In this document: positions 30,749-41,381 of the stretch, in pieces | How the letters are laid out: every line of letters starts with the position of its first letter | Numbering within the stretch: the first letter of the stretch is position 1 | Source: Candidatus Cloacimonadales bacterium | Lineage (GTDB): Bacteria > Cloacimonadota > Cloacimonadia > Cloacimonadales > JAIOQZ01 | Reading direction: 5' to 3' | NCBI GenBank assembly: GCA_963665815.1 | Contig: OY762463.1 | Span: 64,001 to 128,000, forward strand | DNA length: 64,000 nt | Notes under the pieces: model-generated | The model's input: only the letters and a program-made list of their open reading frames with translations | Database searches by the model: none | Told to the model about the DNA's origin: nothing | Made by a program: the position numbers and the translations under genes

Positions 30749-32285
30749 AATTACTCAGAAAGATTACAAAAACTTTACTGCAATTGCTTCCAAGACTTCT
30801 AGTGTAAAGCCATTTCCCAATGATACACCGACAAAGCAGAAGCAAAGAATTAAAAAGGCTACCGGTAATGACTGGAAAGCCTTCTCTTATTTCTGCAAAA
30901 ACTATTTTCCACACATTTTCAAACTTACATTTGCAGATGCTCATCAGGAGATGTTTGAGATAACAGAAGAATATGACGGCATAACTTCCATTACCGGATT
31001 CAGAGGTTTAGGAAAAACTGTTTTAATGGGAGTGGTTTATCCAATCTGGAAAATTATCAAAGGTGAGAGATATGTAATTCATACTGCTGCAGATGCTGAT
31101 CTGGCTGAAGAAAGAACTGCTTTCACTTATAACGAACTTACTCAAAATAAAAGACTTCATACTGATTTAGATGGTTTACTTCCAATTTATAGAGATGAAT
31201 CAGACTTTTATCTTCAGAATAAATGCCGTATTAGAGCAAGAGGTATAAAACAATCCTTCAGAGGAAGTATTAATCCTCGCACTTCAACTCGTCCCGGATT
31301 AGTAGTCTGTGATGATATCGACAAAGAAGAAAATATCGGCAACCAATCCATTGGCAGAAAAAAGATGGATAAGATTGTGCAAGAGATTGGTGGAGCTTTA
31401 AATCCAGCGGGAAATGGCAAGATCATCTGGCTTGGGAACCTTGTTCATCCCAATTATGCAATCTGTCAGTTTCAGCAAAGTATCATTGATGAAATCAAAT
31501 CCGAAGATCAGGATTTTAATCAAGATTCTGTTCAGCATTTATTCGTTACGGAAAGAAGACTGCTTAGATTTCCGTTAGAGAATCCTTACGGAAATTCCGT
31601 GTGGGAAAAACAATATCCAACATCTGAAATCCCGAATCTGAAGAAGAAATTCGGATTAACAGGTTATCAAAGAGAGTTTCTTGGCAAGCCTGTTATCGAA
31701 GGCAATATGTTCAAATTTCATTGGTTTACCAAATATACTAAACTACCGAAACGATTTAAGAAAGTGTGGATGTATGCTGATCCAGCTTGGGGTGAGAAAG
31801 GTTGCTACAAAGCGATCATCTCAATAGGATATGATGGAATCAGGTTTTACATCATTCACGTGTGGATCAGGCAGACTGAGAACAGTAAGTTCTTTAGTTA
31901 TTACTATGATGCTTATCAGGAGTTATCAAAGAAATATGGTGTTAGATTCAGATCAGCAATGGAGACTAATTTTGGTCAGCATCGTATTCTTACTGATTTT
32001 GACAGATGGTGTAGAGAAAATAATCGCAATCCGATCTCTCACAGAATCAGAAGAATCAACAACGATAAAAACAAAGGCTTGAGAATAGAGAGAACTGATA
32101 CTGTAATTGAAACTGGCAAAGTTCAATTTCCTGATGGTCAGGATACTCCAACTCTTATCAATCAATTTCTAACTTATCCGGATGGATACGTGGATGGACC
32201 CGATGCTCTCGCAGGTTGCCTTGAACGCTTTCCTGAATATGATTGCGGAAGAAACAGAGTCAAAGTAAGGAGTTTTTCCTTTTGA
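30732..32285 (+). CDS. Phage terminase large subunit
   Basis: FRGLGKT, RPGLVVCDDID, YADPA, VDGPDA nuclease motifs. Confidence 0.85.
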   Translation: MQVVVKITQKDYKNFTAIASKTSSVKPFPNDTPTKQKQRIKKATGNDWKAFSYFCKNYFPHIFKLTFADAHQEMFEITEEYDGITSITGFRGLGKTVLMGVVYPIWKIIKGERYVIHTAADADLAEERTAFTYNELTQNKRLHTDLDGLLPIYRDESDFYLQNKCRIRARGIKQSFRGSINPRTSTRPGLVVCDDIDKEENIGNQSIGRKKMDKIVQEIGGALNPAGNGKIIWLGNLVHPNYAICQFQQSIIDEIKSEDQDFNQDSVQHLFVTERRLLRFPLENPYGNSVWEKQYPTSEIPNLKKKFGLTGYQREFLGKPVIEGNMFKFHWFTKYTKLPKRFKKVWMYADPAWGEKGCYKAIISIGYDGIRFYIIHVWIRQTENSKFFSYYYDAYQELSKKYGVRFRSAMETNFGQHRILTDFDRWCRENNRNPISHRIRRINNDKNKGLRIERTDTVIETGKVQFPDGQDTPTLINQFLTYPDGYVDGPDALAGCLERFPEYDCGRNRVKVRSFSF

Positions 32286-33172
32286 ATTATTTTGATCGAT
32301 TGATGTTTGAATACTACAGAGTACTCAACAATTCCTGGAAGAAGGAAATCAAAGACTCTGCAAAGCAAGCGATACAGATGCTATCTGATATTCCAAAGTC
32401 TGAAAGGCTAAATAAACGTCATATTGATGATATTATGCAAGTAATCAACTCAAACCTTAGCGAAGACTTTTCATCGCTTGTACGGCAGGATACAAAGGCA
32501 TTCATACAAAGAAATCTTATGCTTGGTCTCAATGATGTTGAAAAGCAGGTTCCACACAATACTTCAATTGGTTTGTATGGGATAAAAGAAAGAAAGCTTG
32601 AAACTCTGATCACAAAGCAGAATCTTTTCTGGATTGGTAACAAATACGGAACTGATATTGAAACCGGATTTAAGCAAACTTTGAAAGAAGCTGTTTCTTC
32701 AGGATATACAAGAGAAATGTTAACTGATAAACTAATAGAGCAGTTTCAGCATCTTGGAGAGAAATCACAACATTACTGGCAGGGATTAGCTGAACACACA
32801 GCTCTAAGGGTTAGAGAATTTGGAAGATTAGAAGGCTATAACAAAGCTGGAGCGAAAGGCTATAGATTAGTAGTAATTCTGGATGGAAGAACTTCTGAAA
32901 TTTGCAGAGCATTAGCAGCTCAGAATAAAGTTTATCCTCTTAATGAGGCAATTGATACGATGCAGGAATTAATGAATATTGATACCCAAAAGCATTCATT
33001 GGAATCCGTAAGAGAAATGACTAAAGAAATGGCACCGTGGGTTTCTGATAAGCAAATAGTAAGAAACTCCAACGGTGCTCCCATTGGAGTTTCTGGAAAT
33101 CATACTCCGTTTCCACCCTTTCACTGGAAGTGTAGGACAACTACGGAGATAAGCTTCAATTTAAATACTTAA
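32282..33172 (+). CDS. Phage minor head protein (Mu gpF-like)
   Basis: DGRTSEIC ... PPFHWKCRT; start uncertain. Confidence 0.8.
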   Translation: MNYFDRLMFEYYRVLNNSWKKEIKDSAKQAIQMLSDIPKSERLNKRHIDDIMQVINSNLSEDFSSLVRQDTKAFIQRNLMLGLNDVEKQVPHNTSIGLYGIKERKLETLITKQNLFWIGNKYGTDIETGFKQTLKEAVSSGYTREMLTDKLIEQFQHLGEKSQHYWQGLAEHTALRVREFGRLEGYNKAGAKGYRLVVILDGRTSEICRALAAQNKVYPLNEAIDTMQELMNIDTQKHSLESVREMTKEMAPWVSDKQIVRNSNGAPIGVSGNHTPFPPFHWKCRTTTEISFNLNT

Positions 33173-33183
33173 TCAATATCATG

Positions 33184-34149
33184 TTATGCTTTGAAATTGA
33201 TACATTTTTGTATTCCTTTCTCTATTGAAGAAAAATGTGTACAAAGTTTATCGTAATACTTCTTAATGCCATGTTCGAGAAAATGGAACGAGATTTCAGG
33301 TACTATTTCCTTAATCAAAGAATTATCTGCTTCAAATTTTTCTACATCATAACTTCTAGCTTCTAAAATATTAATTTTTGATTTTTTCCCCACAATATGT
33401 TCTATTGTTTCAATTAATTTATAAAGAGAACTTGCATTCCCTGGTGCAATATGAAAACACATGGATTTGATTCTTTTAGTATTTACAATTTCTTCTAGTT
33501 TTCTGAATACTAAAAGAAAATCATCAATAAAAGTAAAATCTATTAACTGACCACCACCCTCAATATTAACAATCTGATTATTAAGTATGGATTTCATAAA
33601 TGATGGTACTACTCTACCAGGAATATCATGTATCGAACCATAAATATTTGATAATCTCATAATTAAAAGCTGTGAATTGTAAATTTTTGAATAACTAATC
33701 CATAAATTTTCTGAAATTAATTTTGAGTGACCATAAATATTTATAGGTTCTTTATCGCAATCTTCAGAAACATTTCTTCCTTTTTCCCCATAAACTTCTC
33801 TGCTACTAGCAAAAATAATCCAAGGTGTTTTACTACACGATTTGATAGCATTTATTATGTTCTTAGTTCCTTCAATATTGGTCTGTATACATTTTTCTTT
33901 ATTAAGTTCGGCCTCTACGACTCTTGATACAGCTGCAAGATGAACAACTCCATCAGGATTTAATTTTGGTATAATCGACATACATTGATTGTAGTCACAT
34001 ATATCTAAACTAACAAAATCAGACTTTCTTCTGTTTATTTTTCTTTCTTTAATATCTAAGGAGATATAATTGTTTTCATCACCAAACTTCTGTAAAATTT
34101 CAGTTCCTAAAACACCTTCTCCACCAATTAATAATATTTTCTTTTTCAT
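33184..34149 (-). CDS. NAD-dependent epimerase/dehydratase (extended SDR)
   Basis: GGEGVLG, VHLAA, SSREVYG, YGHSK, RLSNIYG. Confidence 0.9.
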   Translation of the reverse strand: MKKKILLIGGEGVLGTEILQKFGDENNYISLDIKERKINRRKSDFVSLDICDYNQCMSIIPKLNPDGVVHLAAVSRVVEAELNKEKCIQTNIEGTKNIINAIKSCSKTPWIIFASSREVYGEKGRNVSEDCDKEPINIYGHSKLISENLWISYSKIYNSQLLIMRLSNIYGSIHDIPGRVVPSFMKSILNNQIVNIEGGGQLIDFTFIDDFLLVFRKLEEIVNTKRIKSMCFHIAPGNASSLYKLIETIEHIVGKKSKINILEARSYDVEKFEADNSLIKEIVPEISFHFLEHGIKKYYDKLCTHFSSIEKGIQKCINFKA

Positions 34150-37142
34150 TAACCATTAAACTCCGTAATTTTTTCTTGATAAATATGTTCTAATCCATAA
34201 TCAGCTAATACTTGATAAAAATCTCTGTTAATATAATTAATAGCTCGTGAAAAACCTATTGCCAAATCATTTAACAAATCCTTATTATAAGTAGTTTTTT
34301 TTATCTCTGTTTTATAATATTGGACTAATCTTTTAATGCCTTTTTCTGTCGCAAATAAGCCATATACATACGCAATATCTCCTTTTACATGGAGGTGTTC
34401 ATCTGTAAAAAATAATTTTAATAAAAGTTCCGATAATTCTATAAAATTCGTTCTGCTTAGAGCTTTTAACTCTTCTAAAAATAATATAGTGATACACTTA
34501 TGCCATTTAATATTTGATTTTAGTGCCTTTTTTATTGTATTCAAGACTCTTCTTTCATTACTAAGATTTATTATTGGTGTATTTGTACTTTTGTTTAATT
34601 TTTCTAAATATGTGTTTCTTAGTATATCTAAAGATAGATCACTTTTGCAAATCTTTTTCGTACAATTTAGAAGAAAAATAAAATCATCTTCCTGACAATA
34701 TTCTCTATTGATAGATCGTAAAATTCTTGACCATTCGTTCTCTTCAACAAGATCATGTATATGATTCTTCTTCACAAAGAAAACATCAATTTTATCTTTT
34801 AAAGAATCAAGAGTTCTTCTTCTTAGGTAAGAGATTTCTTCGTTTTGTTGCTCCTTTAATAAAGAAACGTATATGCTTTTAAGCATATCTACACTATTAT
34901 TGTCTGTTTGGTATCCCAATGCCAGTACAACTGTAGTTCTTTTCTCTATTGAATAAGTTGAAAATGATGTAAACAAAACTTCTCTTACAATATAAGGAAG
35001 ATTACCTAATGTTGCTGATGTTTTATTACGTGTCCAAATAGAACAATTTTTTAAAAGTTCATTAATCAATTCTTTAAGATTACTTTTTGTATACTTATAT
35101 CCTAGTTGAATTGACTGAGCAGCACAAAATGGATTATTTTTACATAATTTTTGAAATATATCTTCACTTTTCACAAAAATAGTAACGTATTTAGCTATTG
35201 TATACAACCATTCATTATCTCTACTTATAGAAATAATTTCATCAATATCACTTATATAATAATGAAAATAAACGGTAATTAATCGGAAGGCATTTGTATT
35301 ATGTGACACTCGTATTGGTGTATTTCTTCCTCCATCTTGCCTTATAGTTTTGGTTCTAATAAGAATCTTTAAAATTATGGTTAGCAAATCTTTTGTATTA
35401 GCTTCCGGATGCTCTTTTCTTAGAAATTGTTCAATATAAGGTTCATTGAAAGAGAAAGCTCTAAAATCTTTATAAAGCTTAAAAAAAAGTTTTGAAATAA
35501 GGCATAATATGTATAAACTACTTTTGTCATCATTAAAGACTTCACGATCTTTAAAAATAGTGAAAACAGGTTTTAGGAGGCATTGGTTAATTTCATTATT
35601 AAATTTTGATATTTCATCCATAATATTTTTTAAGATAAAGAAATCTATCTCCGAAGTTGATGATGGGAATCTTTTATGTTTATTCTTAAATAATCGAACA
35701 TTATGTATAGAAATTGGGTCTCCAGTTAAATTAAGATCTTTATTTAACTTAAATCTGTTTTCAATTTCAATATCAGAACAGTTATTAATGGAATATGGTT
35801 CTAATAGTAAGACTAATATTGAAGTATCAGTAATAAATCTTTTAATTTTTTCAACATTATCATTTTGACAGAGAGCAATAAATCTAATTTTTAACTCTAC
35901 AAGATCATTCAGTATTTTCTTAAGTAATTCATCGTTGTGAAAATCATCAATGAAGTCTAGGACAATAACTATGGAATGCTTTTTAATAAATTCATCTATT
36001 GTAGCATTACTAATAAAATCAGTAATGAAATAGCGCCATTTTTTTATGTTATTAAAGATAATATTTTGAGATTTATCATATTGCTCAATTTTTTTTACAT
36101 TTAAATAAAACCATATACTTCTTTCTTGTTGACTATTGGCAACAAGCGACAAATACTTTCCTGATATAGTTTTTCCATAGCCATGTTGTGCTGTAATTAT
36201 TATTGATCTTGAATCGTGAATTATGTTCTCTATTTTATAAGGGTGCTGATGAAGAGTTTTAAATGAGGGATACCATACATCATCAACACTTTCTAAAAAA
36301 CTATCTTTCTGAAAACTAACTTTCTCACGATCAATAATTTTGCTTCTAACTGATGCTATATCGATATTTAAAGGGACTGCAAAAAAAGTGTAGTTTTTAC
36401 CTTTTATTGAATATGGATAAATTGATACATTTTCATGGTGAAGTTGAAAATTTGTTTCATTATAAACCTGAACCAAGATTTCAGTAAAGACTTTTTCTAA
36501 TTCTGTTTTTGGATGTCGTGGTTTTACTAAATTAGATTCATTAGTAATAAATTTTGAAAGAGCAATTGAGTACGGTGACTTATCAATATCCTTAAATCCA
36601 CCTTGGGCAAAATTACCATGAGTTGTTGAAGTAACTAACATTAGTGATTCAAAAGCAACTGATTTCCTTTTTAATAATGTCTGTAATGAGTCACGACCTG
36701 CAACTTTTGTTAATAGTTGATTTCTACATACATCGAGAACAATGATTACATTTCCACTATAACTTATTTGTATATTATCAATTACATCAGCTATAGATAT
36801 GCCAGATAATCTGTTACCTTCAGCATAAACAGAATCATCACTTTGAATAAAAATTTCTTCACCTTCAATTCCATATCCATGTCCTACAATATATAGAAAT
36901 ATTAACTCATTACCTGATTGATCGGCATGTCTCGCTGCACTTGATATTAAGTGAATTAAGTCTTCTCTCTTATTAATCAATACTGGATAATCTTCATGGT
37001 AGGTCCACATCGGGAAAAATGAACTTCTTTCTACGCTTTTAAAACTATTGAGAATAATATCAGCACTTGGATAAGCTGAAATCAAGGGCTCGAAGTTATT
37101 TTCATAACTCATTGCAACAAAAAGAGCATATCCTTTTTTCAT
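34149..37142 (-). CDS. Caspase (C14)-like peptidase + NACHT/STAND NTPase + HEAT-like repeats (NLR-like), 997 aa
   Basis: Catalytic dyad YIVGHG and VLDVCR; Walker A variant AQHGYGKT; Walker B VLDFIDDF; C-terminal helical repeats (RNKTSATLG, RTTVVLALG). Confidence 0.75.
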   Translation of the reverse strand: MKKGYALFVAMSYENNFEPLISAYPSADIILNSFKSVERSSFFPMWTYHEDYPVLINKREDLIHLISSAARHADQSGNELIFLYIVGHGYGIEGEEIFIQSDDSVYAEGNRLSGISIADVIDNIQISYSGNVIIVLDVCRNQLLTKVAGRDSLQTLLKRKSVAFESLMLVTSTTHGNFAQGGFKDIDKSPYSIALSKFITNESNLVKPRHPKTELEKVFTEILVQVYNETNFQLHHENVSIYPYSIKGKNYTFFAVPLNIDIASVRSKIIDREKVSFQKDSFLESVDDVWYPSFKTLHQHPYKIENIIHDSRSIIITAQHGYGKTISGKYLSLVANSQQERSIWFYLNVKKIEQYDKSQNIIFNNIKKWRYFITDFISNATIDEFIKKHSIVIVLDFIDDFHNDELLKKILNDLVELKIRFIALCQNDNVEKIKRFITDTSILVLLLEPYSINNCSDIEIENRFKLNKDLNLTGDPISIHNVRLFKNKHKRFPSSTSEIDFFILKNIMDEISKFNNEINQCLLKPVFTIFKDREVFNDDKSSLYILCLISKLFFKLYKDFRAFSFNEPYIEQFLRKEHPEANTKDLLTIILKILIRTKTIRQDGGRNTPIRVSHNTNAFRLITVYFHYYISDIDEIISISRDNEWLYTIAKYVTIFVKSEDIFQKLCKNNPFCAAQSIQLGYKYTKSNLKELINELLKNCSIWTRNKTSATLGNLPYIVREVLFTSFSTYSIEKRTTVVLALGYQTDNNSVDMLKSIYVSLLKEQQNEEISYLRRRTLDSLKDKIDVFFVKKNHIHDLVEENEWSRILRSINREYCQEDDFIFLLNCTKKICKSDLSLDILRNTYLEKLNKSTNTPIINLSNERRVLNTIKKALKSNIKWHKCITILFLEELKALSRTNFIELSELLLKLFFTDEHLHVKGDIAYVYGLFATEKGIKRLVQYYKTEIKKTTYNKDLLNDLAIGFSRAINYINRDFYQVLADYGLEHIYQEKITEFNG

Positions 37143-37150
37143 ATTAAAAC

Positions 37151-37465
37151 TCAGGAGTTTGTAAATTCAAGTTCAATAGCACCATCAACCTGTCCTGAAA
37201 CTATTACAATCTCACCTTTCATTGAAAACCCTAGTTTTATCGTTACTTTAGATAATTTTCTAGTAGAATTTTTTGTAACATTACTACTTTCAATATTTGC
37301 AATTAATGGAGCAATTAAATCATTTAACTGGTTCTGTATTTCTTCAATCTTGATTTTAACGAATTCATTTTTTTTTCTTCCATACGTTCTTGAAGTCGAG
37401 AAAGTTTCTTGTTTTTCTGTGATATCTGTCTGTATAGCTTTTACAATTATACTCTGATCAGTCAT
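37151..37465 (-). CDS. Small peptidase-co-occurring (Pepco/Trypco-like) protein
   Basis: Helix followed by beta hairpins LSKVTIKLGFSMKGEIVIVSGQVDGAIELEF; 8 bp upstream of the caspase gene. Confidence 0.7.
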   Translation of the reverse strand: MTDQSIIVKAIQTDITEKQETFSTSRTYGRKKNEFVKIKIEEIQNQLNDLIAPLIANIESSNVTKNSTRKLSKVTIKLGFSMKGEIVIVSGQVDGAIELEFTNS

Positions 37466-37499
37466 AATCTTTCCTCCTACTTAGATTGATTTTATTTTG

Positions 37500-38090
37500 C
37501 TACTTAATATATTTTGCTTCTTTTAACAAACAAATTATTGCTTCCATTTGAATGTGACGATATTTATTACAACTATTTGATTCTGTTTTTAATTTACCCG
37601 TAATCGAGTCAAAAGTTATGAAATGAATTTTATTTTTTCTTGCAAATGCTTCAAGAATATGATTTTTTCCCAATAAATCAAACAAGCCAGTTTGATTAGG
37701 ATTAACAAAATCATTATAATAATTATTTTTATTCCTAGTATTTATCCTTTCTATGTTTTTCTCAATATCACTTGATATGCATTTAAAGATTAGGACTTCA
37801 ACTCTTTTTAAGGTTTTCACCAAATCAATGAATCTAGTTTTTGATGATCTAAAATCAAAACATCCATCGAGAACAATGTCTATAGGTAAATTCTTTATTA
37901 GATTTAAGTGTTGAAACAGTAAGTCATACCTATTATATCTTTTAGATTCAATAATATTGCCAGCCATATCATGAGCTTTGCCATACTGGCTAGGAGATAA
38001 ATATAACAAATTAAATCTCGTACTAATCAATTGCGAAATGGATGTTTTGTAGGAACCAGGCATACCATACAACAGAATTATACTATTCAT
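37500..38090 (-). CDS. P-loop small-molecule/nucleotide kinase (AAA_33-like)
   Basis: LLYGMPGSYKT, IVLDGCF, ERINTR lid motif. Confidence 0.75.
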   Translation of the reverse strand: MNSIILLYGMPGSYKTSISQLISTRFNLLYLSPSQYGKAHDMAGNIIESKRYNRYDLLFQHLNLIKNLPIDIVLDGCFDFRSSKTRFIDLVKTLKRVEVLIFKCISSDIEKNIERINTRNKNNYYNDFVNPNQTGLFDLLGKNHILEAFARKNKIHFITFDSITGKLKTESNSCNKYRHIQMEAIICLLKEAKYIK

Positions 38091-38829
38091 TTTTAATAAA
38101 CCTTTGTAACGACCATTTCTGTTCATAAGTTAATATGTTATCTGTTAGCGAAAAAATAACTTTATTTCTGGAATCATTCATTGAGCTAATCAACCAGCTT
38201 GTAAATTCGCGTATTTGAGAAAACTCGTCAGATTTATTAAAATACTCGAAAATATTTATCTTCCTTATATGATAACTTACTTTATTATAATCAAGAACCC
38301 ATTTGCTAGAATTAAATAAAGACTCTATTTCTCTCTCTGTGTATACGCTTTTTCTTAAAGGTTGAATGTGTTTTTTCAGCTTTATCAGTATGTTTTTAGA
38401 GAACTCATCCTCTGGAGAAACAAAATGATGAGATAAAATAACACAATCATTACTTATTGCTAATCTATCTATTTCTTTGAGTAACTCTTCCATCTCAGAG
38501 GGTGTAAAATATTGTAGTAATTGTCTAATTAAAAAAAAAGATGTGGAGTTATCAATAATAGGAATATCCCTGACGTCTGAGCAAATCGATTTCAAATTAT
38601 TATTACTATACCTTTTACACATTTCTGATGAACAGTCAATCCCAATAATATTCTTAGTCTTCAATTTTTTGCTTATGATACCAGTTCCACAACCTAACTC
38701 TAAAATCAAGCCTTTTAAGTCAGGTAACCCATGGATAAAAATATCTAATAACTCTTTATCTTGTCTCCATGATGTTTCAACATCATATTGTTCTGCAAGT
38801 TGGTTAAAATGATTAATAATTTTTTGCAT
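38083..38829 (-). CDS. Class I SAM-dependent methyltransferase
   Basis: F...A..YD, ILELGCGTG, GIDCSSEM, DVRDIP. Confidence 0.88.
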   Translation of the reverse strand: MQKIINHFNQLAEQYDVETSWRQDKELLDIFIHGLPDLKGLILELGCGTGIISKKLKTKNIIGIDCSSEMCKRYSNNNLKSICSDVRDIPIIDNSTSFFLIRQLLQYFTPSEMEELLKEIDRLAISNDCVILSHHFVSPEDEFSKNILIKLKKHIQPLRKSVYTEREIESLFNSSKWVLDYNKVSYHIRKINIFEYFNKSDEFSQIREFTSWLISSMNDSRNKVIFSLTDNILTYEQKWSLQRFIKNE

Positions 38830-40084
38830 TTTCTAATATATCCACTGTTGATGATACTGTGCCATCAGTATCTATTTTGAATAAAGGATTATTTGCATTC
38901 TGTTTTACAAAAACAGATGGTGCATTTGATGTTGAGATTCCAGTAAGATTCGCTGATTGCTCGTGAATGACATTAAACGTGAAATAACTCTTTTTATTAA
39001 TTCCCTGAACCATTTCAAAGACTCTTGCTCCTTTAAATAGAATAAGTGTACAACCAAGCAATAAAGCTATCAATTCATCACTGAATTCAAGAGGACTAAT
39101 ACCGCTTCCTTTGGGTCCATTCTTAAAAACATTAAATCTTCCATTAAGCTGTTCTTTTAATTTATTGAAACTATGCATTTCTAGTATATCAATTGCATCA
39201 AAATAAGAAAAATCATTTGCATATTGTCCGTTTCTTGGCACCAGGGTTATCTCAAGTGTTGAGTTAAACTCTAAAAGGTTTAAAATGATTTTCATGTCAA
39301 AAATTGATTCTATATAATCATCTGTAAAAAATACAAGTTTTGTATTAGGTTGTGACACATCATGTAAAAAATCATTAATGTGATCGATAACAAAGTTGTC
39401 GTTCAGTTTTTTTAACATCAAGTCTTCTATTGTAGAGTTAGAAATCTTCTTTCCATTATCAAAAAATTTAATAATGTTATCAGTAGTTAGCTTTGATGGT
39501 ATACAAGATTTATAAGAATTTTTAACATCATATCCAACCGTCCCAGAGATTACAGAGAATCTGATTTGATCTTTTAAGGGTAATGAGTCCATAGTATTTA
39601 ACATATGAAAACATACATTTTTTCCTAACTCATTAAAATCTTTATTAATGTGGATGGGAAAAAATTGATCAGAAAAAAGAACTATCTTAACTATTCTATT
39701 AATAATATCAGTTGTTTGCTGTATAGATGCAATATCTATAACAGAACTATTATATTCAGTAATTTTGTAAGTCAAAATTTCAACAATAAGGTTTCCTAAC
39801 TCATCAGAATCATAATAGTCATAAGCAATTGTCTCTGTATCCAATAGTGAGTTGTAAAAGTCTTTAACCAATGTTACTATCCAAATTTTAAAGTTCTCTT
39901 TATCATCCTTTTCATGCAAATTATTGAATTTATTGCTAACTGTAATTGTACCTGGGAGAAAAAATTCACTAATTAAACTTGTTGATGATGTGTTTTTCTT
40001 ATTATAAATTAGGTAATCATATACTTCTATGGCATATTCTTCGATATTGTTTGATTTACTTTTTATTCTTGCTTTTTGTTTCAT
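38813..40084 (-). CDS. DUF89/ARMT1-like metal-dependent phosphatase (divergent)
   Basis: FFTDDYIESIFD, LVPR...ANDFS and LFKGARVFE align with the DUF89 DNxGE..D / ND / KG..NYE motifs. Confidence 0.6.
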   Translation of the reverse strand: MKQKARIKSKSNNIEEYAIEVYDYLIYNKKNTSSTSLISEFFLPGTITVSNKFNNLHEKDDKENFKIWIVTLVKDFYNSLLDTETIAYDYYDSDELGNLIVEILTYKITEYNSSVIDIASIQQTTDIINRIVKIVLFSDQFFPIHINKDFNELGKNVCFHMLNTMDSLPLKDQIRFSVISGTVGYDVKNSYKSCIPSKLTTDNIIKFFDNGKKISNSTIEDLMLKKLNDNFVIDHINDFLHDVSQPNTKLVFFTDDYIESIFDMKIILNLLEFNSTLEITLVPRNGQYANDFSYFDAIDILEMHSFNKLKEQLNGRFNVFKNGPKGSGISPLEFSDELIALLLGCTLILFKGARVFEMVQGINKKSYFTFNVIHEQSANLTGISTSNAPSVFVKQNANNPLFKIDTDGTVSSTVDILENAKNY

Positions 40085-40143
40085 AATTTTTAAGCTCCTT
40101 TCCTACAAAATTTCGTTACATATTTATTAGTTACTTATTTTGT

Positions 40144-40824
40144 TCATCTATCACTATAATCACCTGACATTATTATAGGTAAATGTCCCAAATCTCTTAA
40201 ATATTGTACAACTCGATGACCTTCATATTCGACTTCATAAACAGTAACTCCAGAGAATTTTGATATATGTTTGGCATGAATTTGGTCAAGTCTATGGTTA
40301 TTTGATACAAATATAGATATTTCTTTCTTATTGTGCATTGATTCATGAAACAGTGGTTTTAAATCCCAGATTTTCTTCTTGAAAAGACTACATTTATAAG
40401 TATTAATTTTTTGGGTTATCCAGCGTAAATCTTTGTTTTTTATCATTAAGTGTGGAGATAAAAACGTCTGAGGTGAAAATGCAATCACCTTACCCATTTT
40501 CAATAAAAGCGAAAACAAAATTGCTGCATATCCTCCCATAGAATTACCAACAAAGATAACTTCATTTGGGGTTATTGCTTCAATTTGCTTAAATAAAAAT
40601 GCTTTCATTGATTCAATGTCATTTGCAACATCAATAATGCCATTTTGATACCAACATTGTGAAAAATCTCGAATAAATATTTTGTTTTCATCAAGGATTC
40701 TTGAGGCACTATAGAATTCAAATGGTGGCATAGCAATACCAGCATTTAATCCTCCAAAAAAAACAAACAGTTTTTTGCTTTCTTTATGTAACTCAATTTC
40801 AACTGATTTTCTACTATTTTTCAT
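40144..40824 (-). CDS. Alpha/beta hydrolase-fold protein
   Basis: Nucleophile elbow GNSMGG, AFSPQT, C-terminal D and GH. Confidence 0.75.
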   Translation of the reverse strand: MKNSRKSVEIELHKESKKLFVFFGGLNAGIAMPPFEFYSASRILDENKIFIRDFSQCWYQNGIIDVANDIESMKAFLFKQIEAITPNEVIFVGNSMGGYAAILFSLLLKMGKVIAFSPQTFLSPHLMIKNKDLRWITQKINTYKCSLFKKKIWDLKPLFHESMHNKKEISIFVSNNHRLDQIHAKHISKFSGVTVYEVEYEGHRVVQYLRDLGHLPIIMSGDYSDR

Positions 40825-40982
40825 TTCTACTTAGTAGTCTCCTTACCTCTCTTAAAATAAAAATTTACGAGTAACTATACTTGTCAATTTATATATTTAT
40901 TGAAATCAATTTCCCATTTTCTCTCTTAACTCTCCACAACTCGGTTTGATCTATTTACCCCGCATAGTTTTATTACCTCATT

Positions 40983-41381
40983 ATGAGAAAAAATAAAAAT
41001 GACGTGTCCGGCTTTATGACGGATTGGAAAGAGATTAACTTCTTTGAAGAGCATGAGTTTGAATGCTCTTGTTGTGGAATAGTAATTATTTCAAAGAAAC
41101 TTGTTTTGATGCTAGATTTAGCTCGTGAGTTATCAGAAACAGCCTTTGTTATTACAAGCGGATACAGATGCAAAAAACACAACAAGGAAGTTGGTGGAGT
41201 TAGGAGTTCATCTCACTTGAAGGGATTTGCCGTAGATATTGCTGTTCCTGATAATATTACTCGTCTTAAAATCCTCAGAGGATTAATCATTGCCGGATTC
41301 CGAAGAATAGGCATTGGAAAAGACTTTATCCATGTAGATATTGATCCTACAAAACCAAATAACATCTGGTTGTACAAATGA
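40983..41381 (+). CDS. Peptidase M15A endolysin
   Basis: EFECSCCG, ITSGYRC..HN..VGG...S.HL.G.AVDI, FIHVD. Confidence 0.9.
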   Translation: MRKNKNDVSGFMTDWKEINFFEEHEFECSCCGIVIISKKLVLMLDLARELSETAFVITSGYRCKKHNKEVGGVRSSSHLKGFAVDIAVPDNITRLKILRGLIIAGFRRIGIGKDFIHVDIDPTKPNNIWLYK

